From positions 1,984,001-2,048,000 of the forward strand of contig CAXXUK010000001.1 of assembly GCA_963665125.2 (NCBI GenBank): DNA of 64,000 nt. The letters are read 5' to 3'. The notes beneath the pieces are model-generated. The model made no database searches, was not told where the DNA came from, and saw only the letters and a list, made by a program, of their open reading frames with translations. Source of the stretch: an uncultured Desulfarculus sp. GTDB taxonomy: Bacteria; Desulfobacterota; Desulfarculia; Desulfarculales; Desulfarculaceae. Both the position numbers and the translations under genes were made by a program. This document shows, piece after piece, positions 46,485-56,303 of this stretch (position 1 is the stretch's first letter; the number at the start of each line of letters is the position of its first letter).

Positions 46485-49400
46485 AGCCACTGCGCCTGAT
46501 CATGGAAGGCTTCGGCCCCTATGCCCGCAGCCAGGAAATCGACTTCACCCGGCTGGAGCAGCGGCCCCTGTTCCTCATCCACGGCCCCACAGGCTCGGGC
46601 AAGACCACCATCCTCGACGCCCTGAGCTTTGCCCTGTTCGGAGCCTCCAGCGGCGGCGAACGCCAGGCCAAGGGCCTGCGTTGCGACTTCGCGCCGGATA
46701 GCCAGCGCACGGCCGTAACCCTGGACTTCGCCTTGAAAGGTAATAATTACCGCATCTTCCGCTCACCGGAACAGATACAGCCAAAGAAGCGCGGAAACGG
46801 CGTAACGTTACGACATCATGAGGCCACAATGTGGCGGCTGGACCACCCCGGCCAGATAAATCCGGCCAAGGTGTTGGCAACGGGCTTCACGGACGTCACC
46901 AACCACTGCCAGGAGCTGTTGGGCTTCAACCAGGACCAGTTCCGCCAGGTGGTTGTCCTGCCCCAGGGCCGCTTCCGCCGCCTGCTCATCGCCGACTCCA
47001 AAGAGCGCGAAGACATCCTGGCGGTTCTTTTTGAAACCGACGTCTACCGTCTGATCACCGACGAATTGAAAAAGCGGGCCGCCGGTTTTGACGAACAAAT
47101 CAGGCTGGAGCAACAGCGCTCCCGGACCATTCTTGAGCAGGCCGGGGTCGAAGACGCCCAGGCCTTGGCAAGCCTACGCATTGCGGCGGACCGAGACCTG
47201 CAAAGCGGCCGGACCAGGCTCAAGGATTACCAGGCTTCGGAGGCCAAGGCCAGACAGGCCCTGGAGACAGGCAAGGCCGCCGATGCCCGATTAAAGGAGC
47301 AACAAGACGCGGCCAAGGCCCTGGCCGAGCTCGAAGCCCAGGCCGAAACCGTGGAGCAGCAGCGCCAGCGTCTGGCCAGGGCAACCAAAGCCGCCGGGCT
47401 GCAAGACGCCCTTGAGTTGGCCGCCAATACGGCCGACCAGGCCCAAGAGGCCCGTCAACAGGCCCAAGCCAGACAAAACGAAGCGGACAAGGCCAAGCTG
47501 ACCCTGCAAAAGGCCGACCAGACCCTGGCCGCCCGGCAAGCCGAGGAGCCCCGGCGCAACCATGTGCGGTCCGAGTTGGAAAGGCTGGCCGCCCTGGATC
47601 AAGACGCCGTGGCCCTGGCCCAGGCCCAGCAAAAGCTCGGCGAATTGCAGCGGGCCGTCTCGGAAGCCGACAAAACGGCCCAGGCCAAGGCAGCCGGGCT
47701 TGAGGCCTTGCAAAGGCAACAAGAGACCCTGGCCGCCAAGCTGGAGCAAACCCGCAATCTGGCGTCTTTGGTGGACGGCCGCCGGGCCCTGGCAGAACAG
47801 GCCGCCCGCCAGGCCGAAGACGCGGCAAACCTGGCCCACCTACTTGTTGAACAACGGCAAGCCGTCAATAATCTGGTTAGGGCTGAAGTAGCCCTCACAC
47901 AGGCCGAACAGGACGCCGCGCAGGCCAAGGTCATTGCCCAGGCCCTGGATGTGGCGTGGCGGACCGGCCAGGCCTCGGTGTTGGCCGCCGATCTGGAGCC
48001 CGGAGCACCCTGCCCTGTCTGCGGCTCGCTTGACCACCCGGCCCCGGCAACCAGCACAGGCGACATACCCACCACCGAACAGGTGGACCAGGCCAAGACG
48101 GCCGCTGAAACCGCCGTCCTCCAGGCCGAACAAGCGCGCAAGGCCCATGATGAAGTGCGGCACAGGACCGAAGCCCTTGCCGAAAAGCTGGCCAGCCTGA
48201 AAAAGAGCCTGGGCCTAAGCGCTGAAACTCCTTTGGAGAAATTGCAAAAAGCAGCCATCGAGGCGGCGGCCGGGCTGGACCAGGCCCGAAACGCCGCCCA
48301 AGGCTTGGCCGATTTAGAGCAGGGCAACGCCGCCCTGCAAGGCCAGCTGGACCAGGCCAAGGCCCAGGCGGATGAATCGGCAAAGCGGGCCGAGCAGACC
48401 AAGGCCGATTTGGCGGCCCAGCAGGCCGTGACCAACGAACGCCTGGCCCGGCTGCCGGAAAACCTGCGCGCTCACGGTGCCTTGCAAAAGGCCCGCGAGG
48501 TTGCCCGTATGGAGCTTGCGGCCATGGAGCAGGCCCTGGAACAGGCCCGACAGGCCCAGACCAAATCCGCCGTCGCCCTGGCCGCCGCCGAAGCCGCTCT
48601 CAAGGCCGCCGGGCAAGCCGCCGCACAGGCCGGTGACGCCGCCGCCAAGGCCAAGCAGGCCCTGGGCATACGCCTGAGTCAGGCCGGTTTCAAAGATGAA
48701 CAGGATCTGCTCCTGGCCAGGCTGGATGAGCAGGCCACGGCCGGGCTGGAACGGCATATCAAGCGATACGAGGCGGATGTGGAGGCGGCCCGCCAGCGTA
48801 AAACCAGAGCCGACCAGGCCGCAGCCAAAGATTTGCCGCCCGATCTGGAGGCCCTGGAGCGGGCGGCAAACCAGGCCGAAGCCCTGGCCAACGAGGCGGC
48901 GGCGGACACAGGCCGCCTGGCCCAGCGCCTGGCCCAGATCGAGGCCTGGCTGGCCGGTCTGCAAAAAAGCGCCGCGAACCTGGCCGAACTGGACCGGCGC
49001 TTTGGCGTGGCCGGGTCATTGGCCGAGGCGGCCTCCGGCAAGAACAACCTGGGCATGAGCCTGCAACGCTTTGTCCTGGCCGCGCTTTTGGATGAAGTGC
49101 TGGATGCGGCCAGCCGCCGCCTGAGCCTGATGAGCCGGGGCCGCTATTATCTGCGCAGGGCCCAAGACCGCACGGACCGCCGCAGGGTAGCTGGCCTGGA
49201 TCTATTGGTCTATGACGATCACCACGGCACCGAGCGGCCCGTGCACACTCTATCGGGCGGCGAAAGCTTCCTTGCCTCGCTGGCCCTGGCCCTGGGTCTG
49301 GCCGAGGTGGTCCAGGCACGGGCTGGCGGCATCCAGCTCGACACCATCTTCATTGACGAAGGCTTTGGCTCCCTGGACGCCGAGGCCCTGGATCTGGCCA

Positions 49401-49540
49401 TGCAGGCATTGGCCGATCTCATCGACAGCGGCCGCATGGTCGGGGTGATCAGCCATGTCGAGGAGCTAAAGGAACGCATGGACGCCCGGCTGGAGATCAT
49501 TCCCGGCAGGGACGGCAGCAGCGCCAGATTGGTTATTTAG
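46481..49540 (+). CDS. sbcC: Exonuclease SbcCD subunit C (SMC-type ATPase)
   Basis: GPTGSGKT, coiled coil, CPVCG zinc hook, LSGGE, IDEGFGSLD, ISHV. Confidence 0.97.
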   Translation: MKPLRLIMEGFGPYARSQEIDFTRLEQRPLFLIHGPTGSGKTTILDALSFALFGASSGGERQAKGLRCDFAPDSQRTAVTLDFALKGNNYRIFRSPEQIQPKKRGNGVTLRHHEATMWRLDHPGQINPAKVLATGFTDVTNHCQELLGFNQDQFRQVVVLPQGRFRRLLIADSKEREDILAVLFETDVYRLITDELKKRAAGFDEQIRLEQQRSRTILEQAGVEDAQALASLRIAADRDLQSGRTRLKDYQASEAKARQALETGKAADARLKEQQDAAKALAELEAQAETVEQQRQRLARATKAAGLQDALELAANTADQAQEARQQAQARQNEADKAKLTLQKADQTLAARQAEEPRRNHVRSELERLAALDQDAVALAQAQQKLGELQRAVSEADKTAQAKAAGLEALQRQQETLAAKLEQTRNLASLVDGRRALAEQAARQAEDAANLAHLLVEQRQAVNNLVRAEVALTQAEQDAAQAKVIAQALDVAWRTGQASVLAADLEPGAPCPVCGSLDHPAPATSTGDIPTTEQVDQAKTAAETAVLQAEQARKAHDEVRHRTEALAEKLASLKKSLGLSAETPLEKLQKAAIEAAAGLDQARNAAQGLADLEQGNAALQGQLDQAKAQADESAKRAEQTKADLAAQQAVTNERLARLPENLRAHGALQKAREVARMELAAMEQALEQARQAQTKSAVALAAAEAALKAAGQAAAQAGDAAAKAKQALGIRLSQAGFKDEQDLLLARLDEQATAGLERHIKRYEADVEAARQRKTRADQAAAKDLPPDLEALERAANQAEALANEAAADTGRLAQRLAQIEAWLAGLQKSAANLAELDRRFGVAGSLAEAASGKNNLGMSLQRFVLAALLDEVLDAASRRLSLMSRGRYYLRRAQDRTDRRRVAGLDLLVYDDHHGTERPVHTLSGGESFLASLALALGLAEVVQARAGGIQLDTIFIDEGFGSLDAEALDLAMQALADLIDSGRMVGVISHVEELKERMDARLEIIPGRDGSSARLVI

Positions 49541-49551
49541 CAGGAGTTTAT

Positions 49552-50586
49552 ATGCAGTCAAAACGATCAACCGCCCTCAACACCTTGTTAAAACTGACCG
49601 TTATTATTGTAGTGACCGTGACGACACTGGCGCTGATTGAGTTTGGCTCGTATGTGCTCTACACGTCCGCAACAGACGAGCAGACGCAAAAGGCGGTGGA
49701 AATAGCCATTGACCCATCTGAGCTGTTTAATAAGTCCAAGTTCCTGCCCAGCACCCTGTGGCACCATCGGCTCAACCCGAACAGGGTGAATAAAAATGGG
49801 ACCATTGGCCCGGATTTTCAGGCGGCCAAGCCGGCAAATATCTATCGCATCATTTGCCTGGGCGATTCCACATCCGAGTGGCCCAAGCACCACCCGCAAT
49901 TTTTACAGGAAAAGCTAATCGGCAAGTCTCATGAACAGAAGACTATCGAGGTGCTCAACGCCGGAATCGGCGGCCATGTTTCAGCGTTTACCCTACAATA
50001 CTTCGCCCTGCGGCTGGTGCACTTCAAGCCTGATCTGGTTATTTTGAAAGTCGGCTATAATGACTACCTGCCTTTCGGCCACCCCGAGTTGGGCTATGAT
50101 TATTCAGTGGCGTTTCCCAAGCCGTTTACGCTCCACGCCGCGGACCGTCAATTCTGGTCCTTGGCGAGTCACAGCTATTTCCTGAAGCTGGCGGGCAGCA
50201 GGCTTTTGGATCTGCCCGGGCGCAGGCTGCGGGCCGACATGTGGCGCAAGGGTGAAGGCGATTTTATGGCCAACGCGGACAAGATGTTTTTATATTTGGA
50301 GAATATCAAGTCAATTATCTATATGTGCAAGGCTAGGGGCATTGACATCATTGTGCTTGATCTGCCAATAGCCCCGATGTCAGTCAAAGGCCTGCCCACA
50401 CAATACAGGGATTTCATTAAATATATGGACGCCCAGCTAAAGCAGGCCGTAATCAGCACCGGTACGCCCTTTATCGAGACAAAACCATACCTCACAGCGG
50501 ATGATTTTACGGATCATTGCCATTTGAAGCCGTCTGGCGGCGAAAAAATCGCGGACTTGATTATCAGTGAACTTGGCGAGGATTAG
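49552..50586 (+). CDS. SGNH/GDSL hydrolase family protein, membrane-anchored
   Basis: N-terminal TM; CLGDS, NAGIGG, GYND, DHCH blocks; lower GC than neighbours. Confidence 0.85.
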   Translation: MQSKRSTALNTLLKLTVIIVVTVTTLALIEFGSYVLYTSATDEQTQKAVEIAIDPSELFNKSKFLPSTLWHHRLNPNRVNKNGTIGPDFQAAKPANIYRIICLGDSTSEWPKHHPQFLQEKLIGKSHEQKTIEVLNAGIGGHVSAFTLQYFALRLVHFKPDLVILKVGYNDYLPFGHPELGYDYSVAFPKPFTLHAADRQFWSLASHSYFLKLAGSRLLDLPGRRLRADMWRKGEGDFMANADKMFLYLENIKSIIYMCKARGIDIIVLDLPIAPMSVKGLPTQYRDFIKYMDAQLKQAVISTGTPFIETKPYLTADDFTDHCHLKPSGGEKIADLIISELGED

Positions 50587-50632
50587 AGTCTCAAACCATA
50601 TACGCTGATGCATTTGAGCCAAACCACCTCAA

Positions 50633-50750
50633 GACGCCGAGTCCCTGGATTTGGCCATACAGGCCTTGGCCGATCTCATCGACGGCGGCCGCATGGTCGG
50701 GGTGATCAGCCACGTCGAGGAGTTGAAGGAGCGCATGGGCACCTGGCTGG
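50633..50750 (+). repeat. Degenerate duplicate of the sbcC 3' region (49376-49493)
   Basis: 118-bp ungapped alignment with 12 mismatches by manual count. Confidence 0.92.
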
Positions 50751-50795
50751 TTGTCTAAAAATGTCGCACCAGCTAAGATGCAGGGGAGAATTGCC

Positions 50796-51305
50796 ATGAG
50801 AAAATGCGTTGCCGGTATCATCGGCCTGGCGTTGGTTTTCGGGGTGCTGGCCGCCGGTCCGGCCATTGCCGAGGAGCCGGCTGTCAAGATCGAGCATACC
50901 ATCACCTATGAGGCCAAAGGCACCCGCTCCGAGGCTCAGCAAGGCCAGCTCAGCCTCAACGGCGCCAACGTGCCAAACACCTTTGAGATGGTGTTGATCG
51001 GCGACAAGGTTTTTTGCTTCCAGCAGAGAGCCCATTACTGGGGTTCGTACGGCTACTGGCCTTGCGATCCGGCCATACCGCCGATGCCCATCGAGAACAA
51101 GCTGACTCCGGCCGAGCTTGAGCAGGGATGGCGCGTGGGCCAAAGCATGCCTGAGGAAATGCCCCAGGGCTGGGTCCATGTGCAGTGGCATGACGGTTCA
51201 GCCTGGGCCGCCGCCAATGCCCTGGGTAAAATGGCCGACGCCCTCAAGCTGCCCGAATTGAAACGGATGCCAATGGAAATGGAGCCGTTGATCAAAAAGC
51301 AATAG
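50796..51305 (+). CDS. Hypothetical secreted protein
   Basis: GGAG RBS, signal peptide MRKCVAG...AIA; no motif recognised. Confidence 0.7.
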   Translation: MRKCVAGIIGLALVFGVLAAGPAIAEEPAVKIEHTITYEAKGTRSEAQQGQLSLNGANVPNTFEMVLIGDKVFCFQQRAHYWGSYGYWPCDPAIPPMPIENKLTPAELEQGWRVGQSMPEEMPQGWVHVQWHDGSAWAAANALGKMADALKLPELKRMPMEMEPLIKKQ

Positions 51306-51306
51306 C

Positions 51307-52017
51307 CTACTTAGCCTGCTTTTTCCTGGCGATCTCGGCATACTTGCGGGCCAATTCCCGGTATTGGTCCACGCTCAGCGGCGGGCGGTTGATGGCCGCC
51401 AGCAGGGCCGGGTTGATATCGCCCGTAGCGGCCTGCCGCCCGGCCTGGGCCAGCAACTCCAAATGCGGCTCCAACAGCGCCGGATCGATCTGTAGGCCGA
51501 TTGAACCGGGTATGCACATCTCGGCCTTGGCCTGGCAGTCGAAATTGCGGGCATTGGCCCGGAAAGTGGCGATCAGCGGCTCAAAGTTCACCGGCTCGGG
51601 AAAGCCGCAGGTGCTGATCAAATAAAAATCCCCAGGCAGATACCAGGTCATGGGATGGCGCACCCGGCCCAGATCGTCCACCTCGATATCCGGCCTGATG
51701 GCACAGGTGCAGCGGTCCAGCAGGGCCTTTAACTGGGCGCTCATGTTGTCGATATACACCGGAGCGCCCAGGACCAGCGCGTCCACCGCCTTTAATTGCT
51801 CGTATACGGCGTCCATATCGTCGCGCTGGATGCAGCGGCCCGGCTCCTTGTGCATGCAGTGCAGGCAGGCCCGGCACGGCGCGATGTCCAGGCCCTTGAC
51901 CTGAATCGTCTCCACCTCGGCCCCGCCGTTGATGAGTCCGCCGCAAAAGGCGTCGAGCATCCGCTGGGTCACGCCTTTTTTGCCCCTGGCGCTGCCGTTG
52001 ATAGCCAAAAACCGCAT
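51307..52017 (-). CDS. Flavodoxin-like iron-sulfur flavoprotein (NADPH-dependent FMN reductase family)
   Basis: INGSAR, CRACLHC-x7-C, DDM, APVY, LKALLDR. Confidence 0.88.
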   Translation of the reverse strand: MRFLAINGSARGKKGVTQRMLDAFCGGLINGGAEVETIQVKGLDIAPCRACLHCMHKEPGRCIQRDDMDAVYEQLKAVDALVLGAPVYIDNMSAQLKALLDRCTCAIRPDIEVDDLGRVRHPMTWYLPGDFYLISTCGFPEPVNFEPLIATFRANARNFDCQAKAEMCIPGSIGLQIDPALLEPHLELLAQAGRQAATGDINPALLAAINRPPLSVDQYRELARKYAEIARKKQAK

Positions 52018-52136
52018 AGCAACCCTCCCGTATAAGCCGGACCAGCATAGCACAAGGCCGGTCACAGGCCAATTGCGCCCCCTGCCCGGCTAAGCTATAG
52101 TACCACCAACCGTATCTCTAGCCCGGATGGAGGCTT

Positions 52137-53594
52137 ATGTCCGCGCCGCTTAGCATGGGCCAATTTATCAAAGACCTGGAACGCATGGGCCAACTCAGAC
52201 GCATCAAGGACGAGGTGGACCCATACCTTGAAGTCACGGCCCTGACCGACCCGGTGATGAAACGCACCGGTCCGGCCCTGCTGTTTGAGAACGTCAAGGG
52301 CGGTAAATGCCCAATCGCCATCAACCTCTACGGCAGCCGGGAGCGCATGGCCCATGCCCTGGGCGTAGAGCGCATCGAGGACATCGGCGAGCGCATCCGG
52401 GCCATGATGGAGATGGAGATCCCCGACGGCCTGTGGGCCAAGGTAAAAAGCGCCATCCCCAAGCTCAAGCAGCTAGCCGCATTCAAGGCCAAAGAGGTCA
52501 AAAACGCCGCCTGCCAACAGGTCGTTTTGGAGGGCGAGGCCGCCAGCCTGGACATCCTGCCCATCCTCACCTGCTGGCCCGAGGACGGCGGCCCGTTCAT
52601 CACCCTGCCCCAGGTCATCACCGCCGACCCGGAGACCGGCCGCCAGAACATCGGCATGTACCGCATGCAAAAATACGACGCCCACACCACGGGCATGCAC
52701 TGGCATAGGCACAAGGGCGGCGCGGGGCATTACGAAAAGGCCAAGCGCCTGGGCCAGAAGCTCCCGCTGGCCGTGGCCATCGGCGGACCGCCGATAACCA
52801 CCTATACGGCCTGCGCGCCCCTGCCCGAGGCCGTGGATGAGTTGATGTTCTCCGGCTTCCTGTTGCAAAGCCCCTTGCAGGTGACCAAGGCCGTGTCCTG
52901 CGATCTATTGGTCCCCGCCGAGGCCGAGGTGGTCATCGAGGGCTACGTGGACCCGGCCGAGCCCTGGCGCACCGAGGGGCCCTTCGGCGACCACACGGGC
53001 TTCTACTCCCTGGCCGACGAATATCCGGTCTTTCACGTGACCCACATCACCCACCGCAAGGACTTCATCTACCCCTGCACCATCGTGGGCCGCCCGCCCA
53101 TGGAGGACTTCTACCTGGGCCTGGCCACCGAGCGCATCTTCCTGCCCCTGATGCAGGCCGTGGCCCCGGAGGTCGTCGACTATCACATGCCCGCCGAGGG
53201 CGTGTTCCACAACCTGGTTTTCGTGGCCATAGACAAGCAATATCCCGGACATGCCTTCAAGGTGATGAATACGCTGTGGGGCACGGGCCAGATGATGTTC
53301 GCCAAGGTGCTGGTCATCGTGGACAAGCACGTCAACGTGCAAGACCCCCAGGAGGCCTGGTGGGAGGCCCTGAACAACATCGACCCCCAGCGGGACATGC
53401 TCTTCACCAAGGGCCCGGCCGACGCCCTGGATCACGCGGCCCAGCTGCCGTGGCTGCACAGCAAGGTGGGCATCGACGGCACCCGCAAGACACCCGACGA
53501 AGGCTTCCACCGCCCCTGGCCCGGCCGGGTGGAGATGACCCCGGAGGTGCAAAAGGCGGCCATGGATAAGTTGAAAAAGTTGGGTTTGGTGTAA
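52137..53594 (+). CDS. ubiD: UbiD-family decarboxylase (menaquinone/futalosine pathway, MqnL-like)
   Basis: PALLFEN, NIGMYRMQ, EGPFGDHTGFY, GRPPMED. Confidence 0.92.
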   Translation: MSAPLSMGQFIKDLERMGQLRRIKDEVDPYLEVTALTDPVMKRTGPALLFENVKGGKCPIAINLYGSRERMAHALGVERIEDIGERIRAMMEMEIPDGLWAKVKSAIPKLKQLAAFKAKEVKNAACQQVVLEGEAASLDILPILTCWPEDGGPFITLPQVITADPETGRQNIGMYRMQKYDAHTTGMHWHRHKGGAGHYEKAKRLGQKLPLAVAIGGPPITTYTACAPLPEAVDELMFSGFLLQSPLQVTKAVSCDLLVPAEAEVVIEGYVDPAEPWRTEGPFGDHTGFYSLADEYPVFHVTHITHRKDFIYPCTIVGRPPMEDFYLGLATERIFLPLMQAVAPEVVDYHMPAEGVFHNLVFVAIDKQYPGHAFKVMNTLWGTGQMMFAKVLVIVDKHVNVQDPQEAWWEALNNIDPQRDMLFTKGPADALDHAAQLPWLHSKVGIDGTRKTPDEGFHRPWPGRVEMTPEVQKAAMDKLKKLGLV

Positions 53595-53624
53595 CCTTAA
53601 TGAATATAAGGAGAATGTAGCGCC

Positions 53625-54701
53625 ATGGCACAAAGCGATACATTAACCAGAATAATAGAACTAATTTATTTCGATTTCGACAAGGCCTCTTCCATCTACA
53701 GCCAATTCGAGGGAGGACTTATTGAACAAATTCAACAACAAACGGAGCGTTCCAACTCAGCAGAGGCCAAGGGCGGCATAGGTATACCCTTAGCGAAAAT
53801 AGGAGGCAACTTAGCAACGGTCGATAAAGCCGGTTCAATTACTATTAAGCGTATTCATCACGATCTTTTCTCAAAAGTCGAAAAAAAACTATCCGAAGGC
53901 AATTTCATATTTGACATCAATCGGTACAGCGAAGTTCCAACAAACATTGACGACGACCTATTTCCTGCAATGGATAAGTTTAGTTATATTAAAGCAACAG
54001 GTTGGAGCGTTTTTGAGGATTTCAATCAAATCAAACACAGAGTTGAAAACTATAACACTCTCGGTGAATTTATCACCCAATCTATGATAAATTCAAATGA
54101 TGAATCATCACAGGCCCAGGCCAATATAGAAGCTATGAAGCAAGCCGCCAAAAAGGAGAAAGATCGAAACAAAAGAAAAGTTTTGGAAAATGAAGTAAAA
54201 AAAGTAGAGACTATCATGAATAATGAAGCCAGCGAAATTAGAGAAAAACTCCAGGTTAAAGAATGGCTCCAAGAGGGACTAAAAAATATTATTGATGAAT
54301 TTTATCAAGACAAATTACATGTCAGAATATATCCTTGGGGCAACGAAAGCAGATTCCAAATTATTGCTAATTTAAAAAGAGATTGCTTCATTGACAGTAC
54401 AATAGATAATACATTTTTTTCTTATTCTTCTATACCTAGTATCCCTCTTTCTATTTTTGGTCTGGTAACAAATATTGCATCTAATAGCCCCTCAAAATTC
54501 TCTCCGTATGAAAATGATGTCGACTCGGAACATGAAATCCCTGGCGAGATCATGGACGCACTTTTCGAAGCACCAATGCGAAACATGTTTTCAGCACTTT
54601 CAAACGTTGAAAAATTATTTCTTTTCGGCAAATATCCTTCTATAACGATTCATCCGATTGCGGTTTACCGAGAAATAAGTTCGGTTTCTCAGACCCAATA
54701 G
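53625..54701 (+). CDS. AT-rich hypothetical protein (DUF6414-like)
   Basis: AAGGAG RBS; IYFDFDKASSIYSQFEGG...PIAVYRE; family label from memory only. Confidence 0.75.
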   Translation: MAQSDTLTRIIELIYFDFDKASSIYSQFEGGLIEQIQQQTERSNSAEAKGGIGIPLAKIGGNLATVDKAGSITIKRIHHDLFSKVEKKLSEGNFIFDINRYSEVPTNIDDDLFPAMDKFSYIKATGWSVFEDFNQIKHRVENYNTLGEFITQSMINSNDESSQAQANIEAMKQAAKKEKDRNKRKVLENEVKKVETIMNNEASEIREKLQVKEWLQEGLKNIIDEFYQDKLHVRIYPWGNESRFQIIANLKRDCFIDSTIDNTFFSYSSIPSIPLSIFGLVTNIASNSPSKFSPYENDVDSEHEIPGEIMDALFEAPMRNMFSALSNVEKLFLFGKYPSITIHPIAVYREISSVSQTQ

Positions 54702-54733
54702 ACACTATTTTCATCCTGCGGAATTAAACGTTA

Positions 54734-55600
54734 ATGCCCCAACTAATCGTGAGAATCAAATCATTCGGCGAACTGGTCAAGTTCAGCCACACGATATTCC
54801 TGTTCCCCTTTGCCATGGCCGCCGTGGTCCTGGCCGCCGGGGAGATACGCCTCACCTGGTGGGCCGGGCTGTGGATCGTGGTGGCCCTGGTCAGCGCCCG
54901 TAGCGCGGCCATGGTCATGAACCGCATCGCCGACCTGCGTTATGACGCGGCCAACCCCCGCACGGCCCAGCGTTCCCTGGTCACCGGCGCTGTGACCAAA
55001 ACCCAGGCCTGGCTCTATCTGGCGGCGGCCTGCGGGGTGTTTGTCGTGGCAGCGTGGATGCTCTCGCCCACCTGCCTGGCCCTGTCGCCGGTGGCCCTGG
55101 CTTGGGTCTTGAGCTACAGCTTTACCAAGCGCTTTACGTTCCTGTGCCACGTCTGGCTGGGCATTGCCACGGCCCTGGCCCCGGTGGGCGCCTGGGTGGC
55201 CGTAACCGGCTATATTGATTGGCGCATTGTCTTGTTCGGCATCGGCGCGGCCTGCTGGGTGGCCGGTTTTGACGTGATCTACGCCTGCCAGGACATCGAC
55301 TTCGACCGCTCCCAGGGCCTGCACTCCCTGCCCGCCCGTTTGGGCCTGGAGGGCTCGCTGTGGGTCAGCCGGGGCATGCACCTGGTCTCGGCCGGTGTTT
55401 TTTTCGGTCTTGCCCCCATGTATTCTCTGGGTAAAGTATATGTCTGGGGCGCGTGCCTGGTGGCCGCCCTGCTGGTGCTGGAGCACATATTGGTCGCCGT
55501 GAAACGGGCTAATATCCCCATGGCCTTCTTCACGGTCAACGGTGTGGTATCCATCGTGTTTTTCCTTTTCATCCTGGCAGACCGCCTGCTGGAGGGTTGA
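54734..55600 (+). CDS. ubiA: UbiA-family polyprenyltransferase (MqnP-like)
   Basis: KFSHTIF, ARSAAMVMNRIAD..YDAANPRT, YSFTKRF, FDVIYACQD. Confidence 0.92.
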   Translation: MPQLIVRIKSFGELVKFSHTIFLFPFAMAAVVLAAGEIRLTWWAGLWIVVALVSARSAAMVMNRIADLRYDAANPRTAQRSLVTGAVTKTQAWLYLAAACGVFVVAAWMLSPTCLALSPVALAWVLSYSFTKRFTFLCHVWLGIATALAPVGAWVAVTGYIDWRIVLFGIGAACWVAGFDVIYACQDIDFDRSQGLHSLPARLGLEGSLWVSRGMHLVSAGVFFGLAPMYSLGKVYVWGACLVAALLVLEHILVAVKRANIPMAFFTVNGVVSIVFFLFILADRLLEG

Positions 55601-55601
55601 G

Positions 55602-56243
55602 TTGGAACATCTTGAGGCAGACCTTCGTTTCCTGGGCGTGCTGGAAAAAGCCGTGGAGATCACCCGGGACCTCGGCCCCGATGCGGCCGTGCGCTACGTG
55701 CGCCACTCCTACCACCTGCTGTGCAAGGTCTATCACCCGGACCTGCACCAAAACGCCAGCAACGCCGCCGAGGAAGGCCAGCGCAGGCTCAACCAGATCA
55801 AGGGCCGCCTGGACGAGACCGACGACATCGACCTGGCCGCTTTTCTGGGCGGCAAATGCCAAAGCAACGGCGGCCACCCCAGGGTGCTCATTGTCGAAGA
55901 CGAGGACGGCCTGAAAAACAACCTGGCCGAGCTGCTGCGCCTGGAGGGCTATCACGTATCAACCGCGCCCAACGGCGTGCGGGGCCTCAAGGAGCACCTG
56001 GTGTTCCGGCCCGAGTTGGTCATCACCGACGTGGTCATGCCGATCATGGACGGCGTGGAGATGGTGCGCCAGCTCCGGGAGCGCGAGCCCCAGCTCAAGG
56101 CCATCTTTATCAGCGGGTTTTTCGGCACCCGGGCCGTGCGCTCCGAGCTGCGGGCCGAGATCGAAAAATTCGGCTATCCGGCCATAAGCAAGCCCTTCCG
56201 TCCGTCCCAGCTTCTGGAGGCCGTGCGTCAAATCCTGGCCTGA
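55602..56243 (+). CDS. Response-regulator receiver protein with N-terminal J-domain-like segment
   Basis: YHLLCKVYHPD then VLIVEDE, ITDVVMP, ISG, SKPF; TTG start with GGAGG RBS. Confidence 0.85.
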   Translation: MEHLEADLRFLGVLEKAVEITRDLGPDAAVRYVRHSYHLLCKVYHPDLHQNASNAAEEGQRRLNQIKGRLDETDDIDLAAFLGGKCQSNGGHPRVLIVEDEDGLKNNLAELLRLEGYHVSTAPNGVRGLKEHLVFRPELVITDVVMPIMDGVEMVRQLREREPQLKAIFISGFFGTRAVRSELRAEIEKFGYPAISKPFRPSQLLEAVRQILA

Positions 56244-56303
56244 CCGTGGCAATTCCCACCACACGACTTACATTACTAATAAGTAAGCATGTGGAGGACA
56301 ACC

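Noticed and set aside
47100..49000. Repetitive CAGGCC/GCC-rich sequence
   Set aside because: Ala/Gln codons of the SbcC coiled coil, not a repeat array
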